Part shown: one piece after another, positions 51,601 through 63,930 of the stretch
Position numbering within the stretch: position 1 is the stretch's first letter
Layout of the letters: each line of letters opens with the position of its first letter
NCBI GenBank assembly: GCA_964016885.1
Contig: OZ024740.1
Location: forward strand, 77,066,001 to 77,130,000
Direction of reading: 5' to 3'
DNA: 64,000 nt
Source: Eledone cirrhosa
Taxonomy: Eukaryota
Position numbers and translations under genes: made by a program
Notes under the pieces: generated by a model
Databases searched by the model: none
Told to the model about the DNA's origin: nothing
The model's input: the letters and a program-made list of their open reading frames with translations, nothing else

Positions 51601-54600
51601 TGTTGGTGGTGGGGCTGGAGTGCTGTTGATGTTGATGTTGGTGTTGTTAGCGATGGTATTGGAGATGGTGTTGGTGGTGGGGCTGGAGTGCTGTTGATGT
51701 TGATGTTGGTGTTGTTAGCGATGGTATTGGAGTTGGTGTTGGTGTTGGTGGTGGGGCTGGAGTGATGTTGATGTTGGTGTTGTTAGCGATGGTATTGGAG
51801 ATGGTGTTGGTGTTGGTGGTGGGGCTGGAGTGCAGTTGCTGTTGATGTTAGTGTTGTTAGCGATGGTATTGGAGTTGGCGATGGTGTTGGTGTTGGTGGT
51901 GGGGTTGGAGTGCTGTTGATGTTCATGTTGGTGTTGTTAGCGATGGTGTTGGTGTTGGTGGTGGGGTTGGAGTGCTGTTGATGTTGATGTTGGTGTTGTT
52001 AGCGATGCTATTGGAGTAGGCGATTGTGTTGGTGTTGGTGGAGGGGTTGGAGTGCTGTTGATGTTCATGTTGGTGTTGTTAGCGATGGTATTGGAGTTGG
52101 TGTTGGAGTTGTGGGTGGGGCTGGAGTGCTGTTGATGTTGATGTTGGTGTTGTTAGCGATGGTATTGGAGTTGGCGTTGGTGTTGGTGGTGGGGCTGGAG
52201 TGCTGTTGATGTTGATGTTGGTGTTGTTAGCGATGGTGTTGGTGTTGGTGTTGGGGCTGTAGTGCTGTTGATGTTGATGTTAGTGTTGTTAGCGATGGTA
52301 TTGGAGTAGGCGATGGTGTTGGTGGTGGGGTTGGAGTGCTGTTGATGTTGATGCTGGTGTCGTTAGCGATGGTGTTGGAGTTGGCGTTGGTGTTGGTGGT
52401 GGGGCTGGAGTGTTGCTGATGTTGATGTTGGTGTTGGTGTTGTTAGGGTTGGTATTGGTGTTGGCTTTGGCGTTGGTGGTGGCTCTGGAGTGCTGTTGAT
52501 GTTGATGTTGGTGTTGTTAGCGATGGTATTGGAGTTGGCGTTGGTGTTGGTGGTGGGGCTGGAGTGCTGTTGATGTTGATGTTGGTGTTGTTAGTGATGG
52601 TATTGGAGTGGGTGTCGTATTGGTGGTGGTCGCGGTGCTGGAGCGCTGTTGATGTTGATGTTGGTGTTGCTAGCCATGGTATTGGAGTTGGTGTGGTGTT
52701 GGTGGTGGGGCTGGAGTGCTGTTGATGTTGATGCTGGTGTCGTTAGCGATGGTGTTGGAGTTGGCGTTGGTGTTGGTGGTGGGGCTGGAGTGCTGTTGAT
52801 GTTGATGTTGGTCTTGTTAGCGATGGTATTGGAGTTGGTGTTGGTGTTGGTGGTGGGGCTGGAGTGCTGTTGATGTTGATGTTGGTGTTGTTAGCGATGG
52901 TATTGGAGTTGGGGTTGGTGTTGGTGGTGGGGCTGGAGTGCTGTTGATGTTGATGTTGGTGTTGTTAGCGATGGTATTGGAGTTTTCGTTGGTGTTGGTG
53001 TTGGTGGTGGGGCTGGAGTGCTGTTGATGTTGATGTTGGTGTTGTTAGCGATGGTATTGGAGTTGGTGTTGGTGTTGGGGCTGGAGTGCTGTTGATGTTG
53101 ATGTTGGTGTTGTTAGCGATGGTATGGGAGTTGGTGTTGGTTTTGGTGTTGGTGGTGGGGTTCGAGTGCTGTTGATGTTAATGTTGGTGTTGTTAGCGAT
53201 GGTATGGGAGTTGGTGTTGGTGTTGGTGTTGGTGGTGGGTTTGGAGAGCTGTTGATGTTGATGTTGGTGTTGTTAGCGATGGTATTGGAGTTGGCGATGG
53301 TGTTGGTGTTGGTGGTGGGGTTGGAGTGCTGTTGATGTTGAGGTTGATGTTGTTAGCGATGCTATTGGAGTAGGCGATGGTGTTGGTGTTTGTGGTGGGG
53401 CTGGAGTGCTGTTGATGTTGATGTTGGTGTTGTTAGCGATGGTATTGGAGTTGGTGTTGGTGTTGGTGGTGGGGCTGGAGTGTTGCTGATGTTGATGTTG
53501 GTGTTGTTAGCGATGGTATTGGAGTTGGTGTTGGTGTAGGTGTTGGGGCTGGAGTGCTGTTGATGTTGATGTTGGTGTTGTTAGCGATGGTATTGGATTT
53601 GGCGTTGGTGTTGGTGGTGGGGCTGGAGTGCTGTTGATGTTGATGTTGGTGTTGTTAGCGATGGTATTGGATTTGGTGGTGGGGTTGGAGTTGGTGGTGG
53701 GGCTGGAGTGCTGTTGATGTTGATGTTGGTGTTGTTAGCGATGGTATGGGAGTTGGTGTTGGTGTTGGTGGTGGGGCTGGAGTGCTGTTGATGTTAATGT
53801 TGGTGTTGTTAGCGATGGTATTGGAGTTGGTGGTGGGGTTGGAGTTGGTGGTGGGGCTGGAGTGCTGTTGATGTTGATGTTGGTGTTGTTAGCGATGGTA
53901 TGGGAGTTGGTGTTGGTGTTGGTGGTGGGGCTGGAGTGCTGTTGATGTTAATGTTGGTGTTGTTAGCGATGGTATTGGAGTTGGTGGTGGGGTTGGAGTT
54001 GGTGGTGGGGCTGGAGTGCTGTTGATGTTGATGTTGGTGTTGTTAGCGATGGTATTGGAGTTGGTGGTGGGGTTGGAGTTGGTGGTGGGGCTGGAGTGCT
54101 GTTGATGTTGATGTTGGTGTTGTTAGCGATGGTATGGGAGTTGGTGTTGGTGTTGGTGGTGGGGCTGGAGTGCAGTTGCTGTTGATGTTGGTGTTGTTAG
54201 CGATGGTTTGGGTGTTGGCGTTGGTGTTGGTGTTGGGGCTGGAATGCTGTTTATGTTGTTGTTAGTGTTGTTAGCGATGGTATTGGAGTTGGCTTTGGTG
54301 TTGGTGTTGGGGCTGGAGTGCTGTTGATGTTGATGTTGGTGTTGTTAGCGATGGTATTGGAGTTGGCTTTGGTGTTGGTGTTGGGGCTGGAGTGCTGTTG
54401 ATGTTGATGTTGGTGTTGTTAGCGATGGTATTGGAGTTGGCTTTGGTGTTGGTGTTGGGGCTGGAATGCTGTTGATGTTGATGTTGGTGTTGTTAGCGAT
54501 GGTATTGGAGTTGGCTTTGGTGTTGGTGTTGGGGCTGGAGTGCTGTTGATGTTGATGTTGGTGTTGTTAGCGATGGTGTTGGTGTTGGCGTTGGTGTTGG

Positions 54601-55920
54601 TGGTGGGGCTGGAGTGCTGTTGATGTTGATGTTGGTGTTGTTAGCGATGGTATTGGAGTTGGCGTTGGTGTTGGTGGTGGGGCTGGAGTGCTGTTTATGT
54701 TGATGTTGGTGTTGTTAGCGATGGTGTTTGTGTTGGTGTTGGGGCTGTAGTGCTGTTGATGTTGATGTTAGTGTTGTTAGCGATGGTATTGGAGTAGGCG
54801 ATGGTGTTGGTGTTGGTGGTGGGGTTGGAGTGCTGTTGATGTTGATGCTGGTGTCGTTAGCGATGGTATTGGAGTTGGCGTTGGTGTTGGTGGTGGGGCT
54901 GGAGTGCTGTTGATGTTGATGCTGGTGTTGTTAGTGATGGTATTGGAGTTGGCGTTGGTGTTGGTGGTGGTGCTGGAGTGTTGCTGATGTTGATGTTGGT
55001 GTTGTTAGGGATGGTATTGGTGTTGGCTTTGGCGTTGGTGGTGGCTCTGGAGTGCTGTTGATGTTGATGTTGGTGTTGTTAGCGATGGTATTGGAGTTGG
55101 CGTTGGTGTTGGTGGTGGGGCTGGAGTGCTGTTGATGTTGATGTTGGTGTTATTAGTGATGGTATTGGAGTGGTTGTCGTATTGGTGGTGGTCGCGGTGC
55201 TGGAGCGCTGTTGATGTTGATGTTGGTGTTGCTAGCCATGGTATTGGAGTTGGTGTGGTGTTGGTGGTGGGGCTGGAGTGCTGTTGATGTTGATGCTGGT
55301 GTCGTTAGCGATGGTATTGGAGTTGGCGTTGGTGTTGGTGTTGGTGGTGGGGCTGGAGTGCTGTTGATGTTGATGTTGGTGTTGTTAGCGATGGTATTGG
55401 AGATGGTGTTGGTGGTGGGGCTGGAGTGCTGTTGATGTTGATGTTGGTGTTGTTAGCGATGGTATTGGAGTTGGTGTTGGTGTTGGTGGTGGGGCTGGAG
55501 TGATGTTGATGTTGGTGTTGTTAGCGATGGTATTGGAGATGGTGTTGGTGTTGGTGGTGGGGCTGGAGTGCAGTTGCTGTTGATGTTAGTGTTGTTAGCG
55601 ATGGTATTGGAGTTGGCGATGGTGTTGGTGTTGGTGGTGGGGTTGGAGTGCTGTTGATGTTCATGTTGGTGTTGTTAGCGATGGTGTTGGTGTTGGTGGT
55701 GGGGTTGGAGTGCTGTTGATGTTGATGTTGGTGTTGTTAGCGATGCTATTGGAGTAGGCGATTGTGTTGGTGTTGGTGGAGGGGTTGGAGTGCTGTTGAT
55801 GTTCATGTTGGTGTTGTTAGCGATGGTATTGGAGTTGGTGTTGGAGTTGTGGGTGGGGCTGGAGTGCTGTTGATGTTGATGTTGGTGTTGTTAGCGATGG
55901 TATTGGAGTTGGCGTTGGTG
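48640..55920 (+). repeat. Tandem duplication of about 3.5-3.7 kb (offset 3516, then 3738)
   Basis: Identical ORFs at 49133/52649 (offset 3516). ORFs 50990/54728, 51473/55211 and 52024/55762 share offset 3738. Confidence 0.92.
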
Positions 55921-56450
55921 TTGGTGTTGGTTGTGGGTTTGGAGTGCTGTTGATGTTGATGTTGGTGTTGTTAGCGATGTTATTGGAGCGGGCGTTGGTG
56001 TTGGTGGTGGGGCTGGAGTGCTGTTGATGTTGATGTTGGTGTTGTTAGCGATGGTATTGGAGTTGGGGTTGGTGTTGGTGTTGGTGGTGGGGCTGGAGTG
56101 CTCTTGATGTTCATGTTGGTGTTGTCAGCGATGGTATTGGAGTAGGCGATGGTGTTGGTGTTGGTGGTGGGGCTGGAGTGCTGTTGATGTTGATGTTGGT
56201 GTTGTTAGCGATGGTATTGGAGTTGGCGTTGGTGTTGGTGTTGGTTGTGGGGTTGGAGTGCTGTTGATGTTGATGTTGGTGTTGTTAGCGATGTTATTGG
56301 AGCGGGCGTTGGTGTTGGTGGTGGGGCTGGAGTGCTGTTGATGTTGATGTTGGTGTTGTTAGCGATGGTATTGGAGTTGGGGTTGGTGTTGGTGTTGGTG
56401 GTGGGGCTGGAGTGCTCTTGATGTTCATGTTGGTGTTGTTAGCGATGGTA
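55860..56450 (+). repeat. Local tetramer duplication, 314 bp x 2
   Basis: GGAGCGGGCG at 55987/56301, each followed by GCTCTTGATGTTCATG. Confidence 0.8.
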
Positions 56451-56999
56451 TTGGAGTTGGTGTTGGTGTTGGTGGTGGGGCTGGAGTACTGTTGTTGTTG
56501 GTGTTGTTAGCGATGGTATTGGAGTTGGTGTTGGTGTTGGTGGTGGGGCTGGAGTGCTGTTGATGTTGATGTTGGTGTTGTTAGCGATGGTATTGCTGTT
56601 GGTGTTGGTGTTGGTGGTGGTGGTGGGGCTGGAGTACTGTTGATGTTGTTGTTGGTGTTGTTAGCGAAGGTATTGGAGTTGGTGTTGGTGTTGGTGGTGG
56701 GGCTGGAGTACTGTTGATGTTGATGTTGGTGTTGTTAGCGATGGTATTGGAGTTGGTGTTGGTGGTGGGGCTGGAGTGCTGTTGATGTTGATGTTGGTGT
56801 TGTTAGCGATGGTATTGGTGTTGGTGTTGGTGTTGGTGGTGGGGCTGGAGTGCTGTTGATGTTGATGTTGGTGTTGTTAGCGATGGTATGGGAGTTGGCG
56901 TTGGTGTTGGTGGTGGGGCTGGAGTGCTGTTGATGTTGATGTTGGTGTTGTTAGCGATGGTATTGGTGTTGGTGTTGGTGTTGGTGGTGGGGCGGGAGT

Positions 57000-59900
57000 G
57001 CTGTTGATGTTGATGTTGGTGTTGTTAGCGATGGTATTGCTGTTGGTGTTGGTGTTGGTGGTGGGGCTGGACTGCTGTTGATGTTGATGTTGGTGTTGTT
57101 AGCGATGGTATTGGAGTTGGTGTTGGTGTTGGTGGTGGGGCTGGAGTGCTGTTGATGTTGATGTTGGTGTTGTTAGCGATGGTATTGGAGTTGGCGTTGG
57201 TGTTGGTGGTGGGGCTGGAGTGCTGTTGATGTTGATGTTGGTGTTGTTAGCGATGGTATTGGAGTTGGTGTTGGTGTTGGTGGTGGGGCGGGAGTGCTGT
57301 TGATGTTGATGTTGGTGTTGTTAGCGACGGTATTGCTGTTGGTGTTGGTGTTGGTGGTGGGGTTGGAGTGCTGTTGATGTTGATGTTGGTGTTGTTAGGG
57401 ATGGTATTGGAGTTGGTGTTGGAGTTGTGGGTGGGGCTGGAGTGCTGTTGATGTTGATATTGGTGTTGTTAGCGATGGTATTGGAGTTGTAGTTGGTGTT
57501 GGTGGTGGGGCGGGAGTGCTGTGATGTTGATGTTGGTGTTGTTAGCGATGGTATTGGAGGTGGCGTTGGTGTTGGTGGTGGGGCGGGAGTGCTGTTGATG
57601 TTGATGTTGATGTTGTTAGCGATGGTATTGGAGGTGGCGTTGGTGTTGGTGGTGGGGCTGGAGTGCTGTTGATGTTGATGTTGGTGTTGTTAGCGATGGT
57701 ATTGGAGGTGGCGTTGGTGTTGGTGGTGGGGCTGGAGTGCTGTTGTTGTTGATTTTGGTGTTGTTAGCGATGGTTTGGGAGTTGGCGTTGATGTTGGTGG
57801 TGGGGCTGGAGTGCTGTTGATGTTGATGTTGGTGTTGTTAGCGATGGTATTGGAGGTGGCGTTGGTGTTGGTGGTGGGGCTGGAGTGCTGTTGATGTTGA
57901 TTTTGGTGTTGTTAGCTATGGTATTGGAATTGGCGTTGATGTTGGTGGTGGGGCTGGAGTGCTGTTGATGTTGATTTTGGTGTTGTTAGCGATGGTATTG
58001 GAGGTGGCGTTGGTGTTGGTGGTGGGGCTGGAGTGCTGTTGATGTTGATTTTGGTGTTGTTAGCGATGTTATTGGAGTTGGCGTTGATGTTGGTGGTGGG
58101 GCTGGAGTGCTGTTGATGTTGATGTTGGTGTTGTTAGCGATGTTATTGGAGTTGGCGTTGGTGTTGGTGGTGGGGCTGGAGTGCTGTTGATGTTGATGTT
58201 GGTGTTGTTAGCGATGGTATTGGAGGTGGCGTTGGTGTTGGTGGTGGGGCTGGAGTGCTGTTGATGTTGATGTTGGTGTTGTTAGCGATGGTATTGGAGG
58301 TGGCGTTGGTGTTGGTGGTGGGGCTGGAGTGCTGTTGATGTTGATTTTGGTGTTGTTAGCGATGGTATTGGAGTTGGCGTTGATGTTGGTGGTGGGGCTG
58401 GAGTGCTGTTGATGTTGATGTTGATGTTGGTGTTGTTAGCGATTATATTGGAGGTGGCGTTGGTGTTGGTGGTGGGGCTGGAGTGCTGTTGATGTTGATT
58501 TTGGTGTTGTTAGCGATGGTATTGGAGTTGGCGTTGATGTTGGGGCTGGTGGTGGGGCTGGAGTGCTGTTGATGTTGATGTTGGTGTTGTTAGCGATGGT
58601 ATTGGAGGTGGCGTTGGTGTTGGTGGTGGGGCTGGAGTGCTGTTGATGTTGATGTTGGTGTTGTTAGCGATGGTATTGGAGATGGTGTTGGTGGTGGTGT
58701 TGGTGGTGGGGCTGGAGTGCTGTTGATGTTGATGTTGGTGTTGTTAGCGATGGTATTGGAGTTGGTGTTGGTGTTGGTGGTGGGGCTGGAGTGCTGTTGA
58801 TGTTGATTTTGGTGTTGTTAGCGATGGTATTGGAGTTGGCGTTGATGTTGGTGGTGGGGCTGGAGTGCTGTTGATGTTGATGTTGATGTTGGTGTTGTTA
58901 GCGATGGTATTGGAGGTGGCGTTGGTGTTGGTGGTGGGGCTGGAGTGCTGTTGATGTTGATGTTGGTGTTGTTAGCGATGGTATTGGAGTTGGCGTTGGT
59001 GTTGGTGGTGGGGCTGGAGTGCTGTTGATGTTGATGTTGGTGTTGTTAGCGATGGTATTGGAGTTGGTGTTGGTGTTGGTGTTGGAGTTGGTGTTGGGGC
59101 AGGAGTGCTGTTGATGTTGCTGTTGGTGTTGTTAGCGATGGTATTGGAGTTGGCTTTGGTGTTGGTGGTGGGGCTGGAGTGCTGTTGATGTTGATGTTGG
59201 TGTTGTTAGCGATTGTATTGAAGTTGACGTTGGTGTTGGTGGTGGGGTTGGAGTGCTGTTGATGTTGATGTTGGTGTTGTTAGCGATTGTATTGAAGTTG
59301 ACGTTGGCGTTGGGGCTGGTGGTGGGGCTGGAGTGCTGTTGATATTGATGTTGGTGTTGTTAGCGATGGTATTGGAGGTGGCGTTGGTGTTGGTGGTGGG
59401 GCTGGAGTGCTGTTGATGTTGATTTTGGTGTTGTTAGCGATGGTATTGGAGTTGGCGTTGATGTTGGTGGTGGGGCTGGAGTGCTGTTGATGTTGATGTT
59501 GGTGTTGTTAGCGATGGTATTGGAGGTGGAGTTGGTGTTGGTGGTGGGGCTGGAGTGCTGTTGATGTGGATTTTGGTGTTGTTAGCGATGGTATTGGAGT
59601 GGATGTTGATGTTGGTGGTGGGGCTGGAGTGCTGTTGATGTTGATGTTGGTGTTGTTAGCGATGTTATTGGAGTTGGCGTTGGTGTTGGTGGTGGGGCTG
59701 GAGTGCTGTTGATGTTGATTTTGGTGTTGTTAGCGATGGTATTGGAGTTGGCGTTGATGTTGGGGCTGGTGGTGGGGCTGGAGTGCTGTTGATGTTGATG
59801 TTGGTTTTGTTAGCGATGGTATTGGAGTTGGCGTTGGTGTTGGTGGTGGGGCTGGAGTGCTGTTGATGTTGATGTTGGTGTTGTTAGCGATGGTATTGGA

Positions 59901-62900
59901 GATGGTGTTGGTGTTGGTGTTGGAGTTGGTGTTGGGGCAGGAGTGCTGTTGATGTTGATGTTGGTGTTGTTAGCGATGGTATTGGAGTTGGCTTTGGTGT
60001 TGGTGGTGGGGCTGGAGTGCTGTTGATGTTGATGTTGGTGTTGTTAGCGATTGTATTGAAGTTGACGTTGGTGTTGGTGTTGGTGGTGGGGCTGGAGTGC
60101 TGTTGATGTTGATGTTGGTGTTGTTAGCGATTGTATTGAAGTTGACGTTGGTGTTGGAGTTGGTGTTGGGGCTGGAGTGCTGTTGATGTTGATGTTGGTG
60201 TTGTTAGCGATGTTATTGGAGGTGGCGTTGGTGTTGGTGGTGGGGTTGGAGTGCTGTTGATGTTGATGTTCGTATTGTTAGCGATGGTATTGGAGTTGGT
60301 GTTGGTGTTGGTGGTGGGGCTGGAGTGCTGTTGATGTTGATGTTGGTGTTGTTAGCGATGGTATTGGAGTTGGCGTTGGCGGTGGTGTTGGTGGTGGGGC
60401 TGGAGTGCTGTTGATGTTGATGTTGGTGTTGTTAGCGATGGTATTGGAGTTGGTGTTGGTGGTGGGGCTGGAGTGCTGTTGGTGTCGATGTTGGTGTTGT
60501 TAGCGATGGTGTTGGAGTTTGCGTTGGTGTTGGTGGTGGGGCTGGAGTGCTGTTCATGTTGATGTTGGTGTTGTTAGCGATGGTATTGGAGGTGGCGTTG
60601 GTGTTGGTGGTGGGGCTGGAGTGCTGTTGATGTTGATGTTGGTGTTGTTAGCGATGGTATTGGAGTTGGTGTTGGTGTTGTGGTGGGGCTGGAGTGCTGT
60701 TGATGTTGATGTTGGTGTTGTTATCGATGGTATTGGAGTTGGCGATGGTGTTGCTGGTGGGGCTGGAGTGCTGTTGATGTTGATGTTGGTGTTCTTAGCG
60801 ATGGTATTGGAGTTGGTGTTGGTGGTGGGGCTGGAGTGCTGTTGATGTTGATGTTGGTGTTGTTAGCGATGGTATTGGTGTTGGTGTTGGTGTTGGTGGT
60901 GGGGCTGGAGTGCTGTTGATGTTGATGTTGGTGTTGTTAGCGATGGTATGGGAGTTGGCGTTGGTGTTGGTGGTGGGGCTGGAGTGCTGTTGATGTTGAT
61001 GTTGGTGTTGTTAGCGATGGTATTGCTGTTGGTGTTGGTGTTGGTGGTGGGGCTGGAGTGCTGTTGATGTTGATGTTGGTGTTGTTAGCGGTGGTATTGC
61101 TGTTGGTGTTGGTGTTGGTGGTGGGGCGGGAGTGTTGTTGATGTTGATGTTGGTGTTGTTAGCGGTTGTATTGGAGTTGGTGTTGGTGTTGGTGGTGGGG
61201 CTGGAGTGCTGTTGATGTTGATGTTGGTGTTGTTAGCGATGGTATTGGAGTTGGTGTTGGTGTTGGTGGTGGGGCTGGAGTGCTGTTGATGTTGATGTTG
61301 GTGTTGTTAGCGATGGTATTGCTATTGGTGTTGGTGTTGGTGGTGGGGCTGGACTGCTGTTGATGTTGATGTTGGTGTTGTTAGCGATGGTATTGGAGTT
61401 GGTGTTGGTGTTAGTGGTGGGGCTGGAGTGCTGTTGATGTTGATGTTGGTGTTGTTAGCGATGGTATTGGAGTTGGCGTTGGTGTTGGTGGTGGGGCTGG
61501 AGTGCTGTTGATGTTGATGTTGGTGTTGTTAGCGATGGTATTGGAGTTGGTGTTGGTGTTGGTGGTGGGGCGGGAGTGCTGTTGATGTTGATGTTGGTGT
61601 TGTTAGCGATGGTATTGCTGTTGGTGTTGGTGTTGGTGGTGGGGCTGGACTGCTGTTGATGTTGATGTTGGTGTTGTTAGCGATGGTATTGGAGTTGGTG
61701 TTGGTGTTGGTGGTGGGGCTGGAGTGCTGTTGATGTTGATGTTGGTGTTGTTAGCGATGGTATTGGAGTTGGCGTAGGTGTTGGTGGTGGGGCTGGAGTG
61801 CTGTTGATGTTGATGTTGGTGTTGTTAGCGATGGTATTGGAGTTGGTGTTGGTGTTGGTGGTGGGGCGGGAGCGCTGTTGATGTTGATGTTGGTGTTGTT
61901 AGCGACGGTATTGCTGTTGGTGTTGGTGTTGGTGGTGGGGTTGGAGTGCTGTTGATGTTGATGTTGGTGTTGTTAGGGATGGTATTGGAGTTGGTGTTGG
62001 AGTTGTGGGTGGGGCTGGAGTGCTGTTGATGTTGATATTGGTGTTGTTAGCGATGGTATTGGAGTTGTAGTTGGTGTTGGTGGTGGGGCGGGAGTGCTGT
62101 GATGTTGATGTTGGTGTTGTTAGCGATGGTATTGGAGGTGGCGTTGGTGTTGGTGGTGGGGCGGGAGTGCTGTTGATGTTGATGTTGATGTTGTTAGCGA
62201 TGGTATTGGAGGTGGCGTTGGTGTTGGTGGTGGGGCTGGAGTGCTGTTGATGTTGATGTTGGTGTTGTTAGCGATGGTATTGGAGGTGGCGTTGGTGTTG
62301 GTGGTGGGGCTGGAGTGCTGTTGATGTTGATTTTGGTGTTGTTAGCGATGGTTTGGGAGTTGGCGTTGATGTTGGTGGTGGGGCTGGAGTGCTGTTGATG
62401 TTGATGTTGGTGTTGTTAGCGATGGTATTGGAGGTGGCGTTGGTGTTGGTGGTGGGGCTGGAGTGCTGTTGATGTTGATTTTGGTGTTGTTAGCGATGGT
62501 ATTGGAATTGGCGTTGATGTTGGTGGTGGGGCTGGAGTGCTGTTGATGTTGATTTTGGTGTTGTTAGCGATGGTATTGGAGGTGGCGTTGGTGTTGGTGG
62601 TGGGGCTGGAGTGCTGTTGATGTTGATTTTGGTGTTGTTAGCGATGTTATTGGAGTTGGCGTTGATGTTGGTGGTGGGGCTGGAGTGCTGTTGATGTTGA
62701 TGTTGGTGTTGTTAGCGATGTTATTGGAGTTGGCGTTGGTGTTGGTGGTGGGGCTGGAGTGCTGTTGATGTTGATGTTGGTGTTGTTAGCGATGGTATTG
62801 GAGGTGGCGTTGGTGTTGGTGGTGGGGCTGGAGTGCTGTTGATGTTGATGTTGGTGTTGTTAGCGATGGTATTGGAGGTGGCGTTGGTGTTGGTGGTGGG

Positions 62901-63930
62901 GCTGGAGTGCTGTTGATGTTGATTTTGGTGTTGTTAGCGATGGTATTGGAGTTGGCGTTGATGTTGGTGGTGGGGCTGGAGTGCTGTTGATGTTGATGTT
63001 GATGTTGGTGTTGTTAGCGATGGTATTGGAGGTGGCGTTGGTGTTGGTGGTGGGGCTGGAGTGCTGTTGATGTTGATTTTGGTGTTGTTAGCGATGGTAT
63101 TGGAGTTGGCGTTGATGTTGGGGCTGGTGGTGGGGCTGGAGTGCTGTTGATGTTGATGTTGGTGTTGTTAGCGATGGTATTGGAGGTGGCGTTGGTGTTG
63201 GTGGTGGGGCTGGAGTGCTGTTGATGTTGATGTTGGTGTTGTTAGCGATGGTATTGGAGATGGTGTTGGTGGTGGTGTTGGTGGTGGGGCTGGAGTGCTG
63301 TTGATGTTGATGTTGGTGTTGTTAGCGATGGTATTGGAGTTGGTGTTGGTGTTGGTGGTGGGGCTGGAGTGCTGTTGATGTTGATTTTGGTGTTGTTAGC
63401 GATGGTATTGGAGATGGTGTTGGTGGTGGTGTTGGTGGTGGGGCTGGAGTGCTGTTGATGTTGGTGTTGGTGTTGTTAGCGATGGTATTGGAGGTGGCGT
63501 TGGTGTTGGTGGTGGGGCTGGAGTGCTGTTGATGTTGATTTTGGTGTTGTTAGCGATGGTATTGGAGTTGGCGTTGATGTTGGTGGTGGGGCTGGAGTGC
63601 TGTTGATGTTGATGTTGATGTTGGTGTTGTTAGCGATGGTATTGGAGGTGGCGTTGGTGTTGGTGGTGGGGCTGGAGTGCTGTTGATGTTGATGTTGGTG
63701 TTGTTAGCGATGGTATTGGAGTTGGCGTTGGTGTTGGTGGTGGGGCTGGAGTGCTGTTGATGTTGATGTTGGTGTTGTTAGCGATGGTATTGGAGTTGGT
63801 GTTGGTGTTGGTGTTGGAGTTGGTGTTGGGGCAGGAGTGCTGTTGATGTTGCTGTTGGTGTTGTTAGCGATGGTATTGGAGTTGGCTTTGGTGTTGGTGG
63901 TGGGGCTGGAGTGCTGTTGATGTTGATGTT
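57000..63930 (+). repeat. Duplicated block (about 57000-59200 and about 61580-63930), offset 4578 then 4732
   Basis: GAGTTGTAGTTGG at 57491/62069 and the 1-bp deletion GCTGTGATG at 57521/62099 give offset 4578. GCAGGAG...GTTGCTG at 59101/63833 gives offset 4732. Confidence 0.88.

Noticed and set aside
10341-61363. Plus-strand ORFs of 60-108 aa (Leu/Val/Gly-rich, with WCWCWWW motifs) resembling small membrane proteins
   Set aside because: They are translations of 2.5-4 monomers, extended by chance indels or alternative starts and ended by the TGA/TAG-rich frame. No unique flanks or regulatory context are present.
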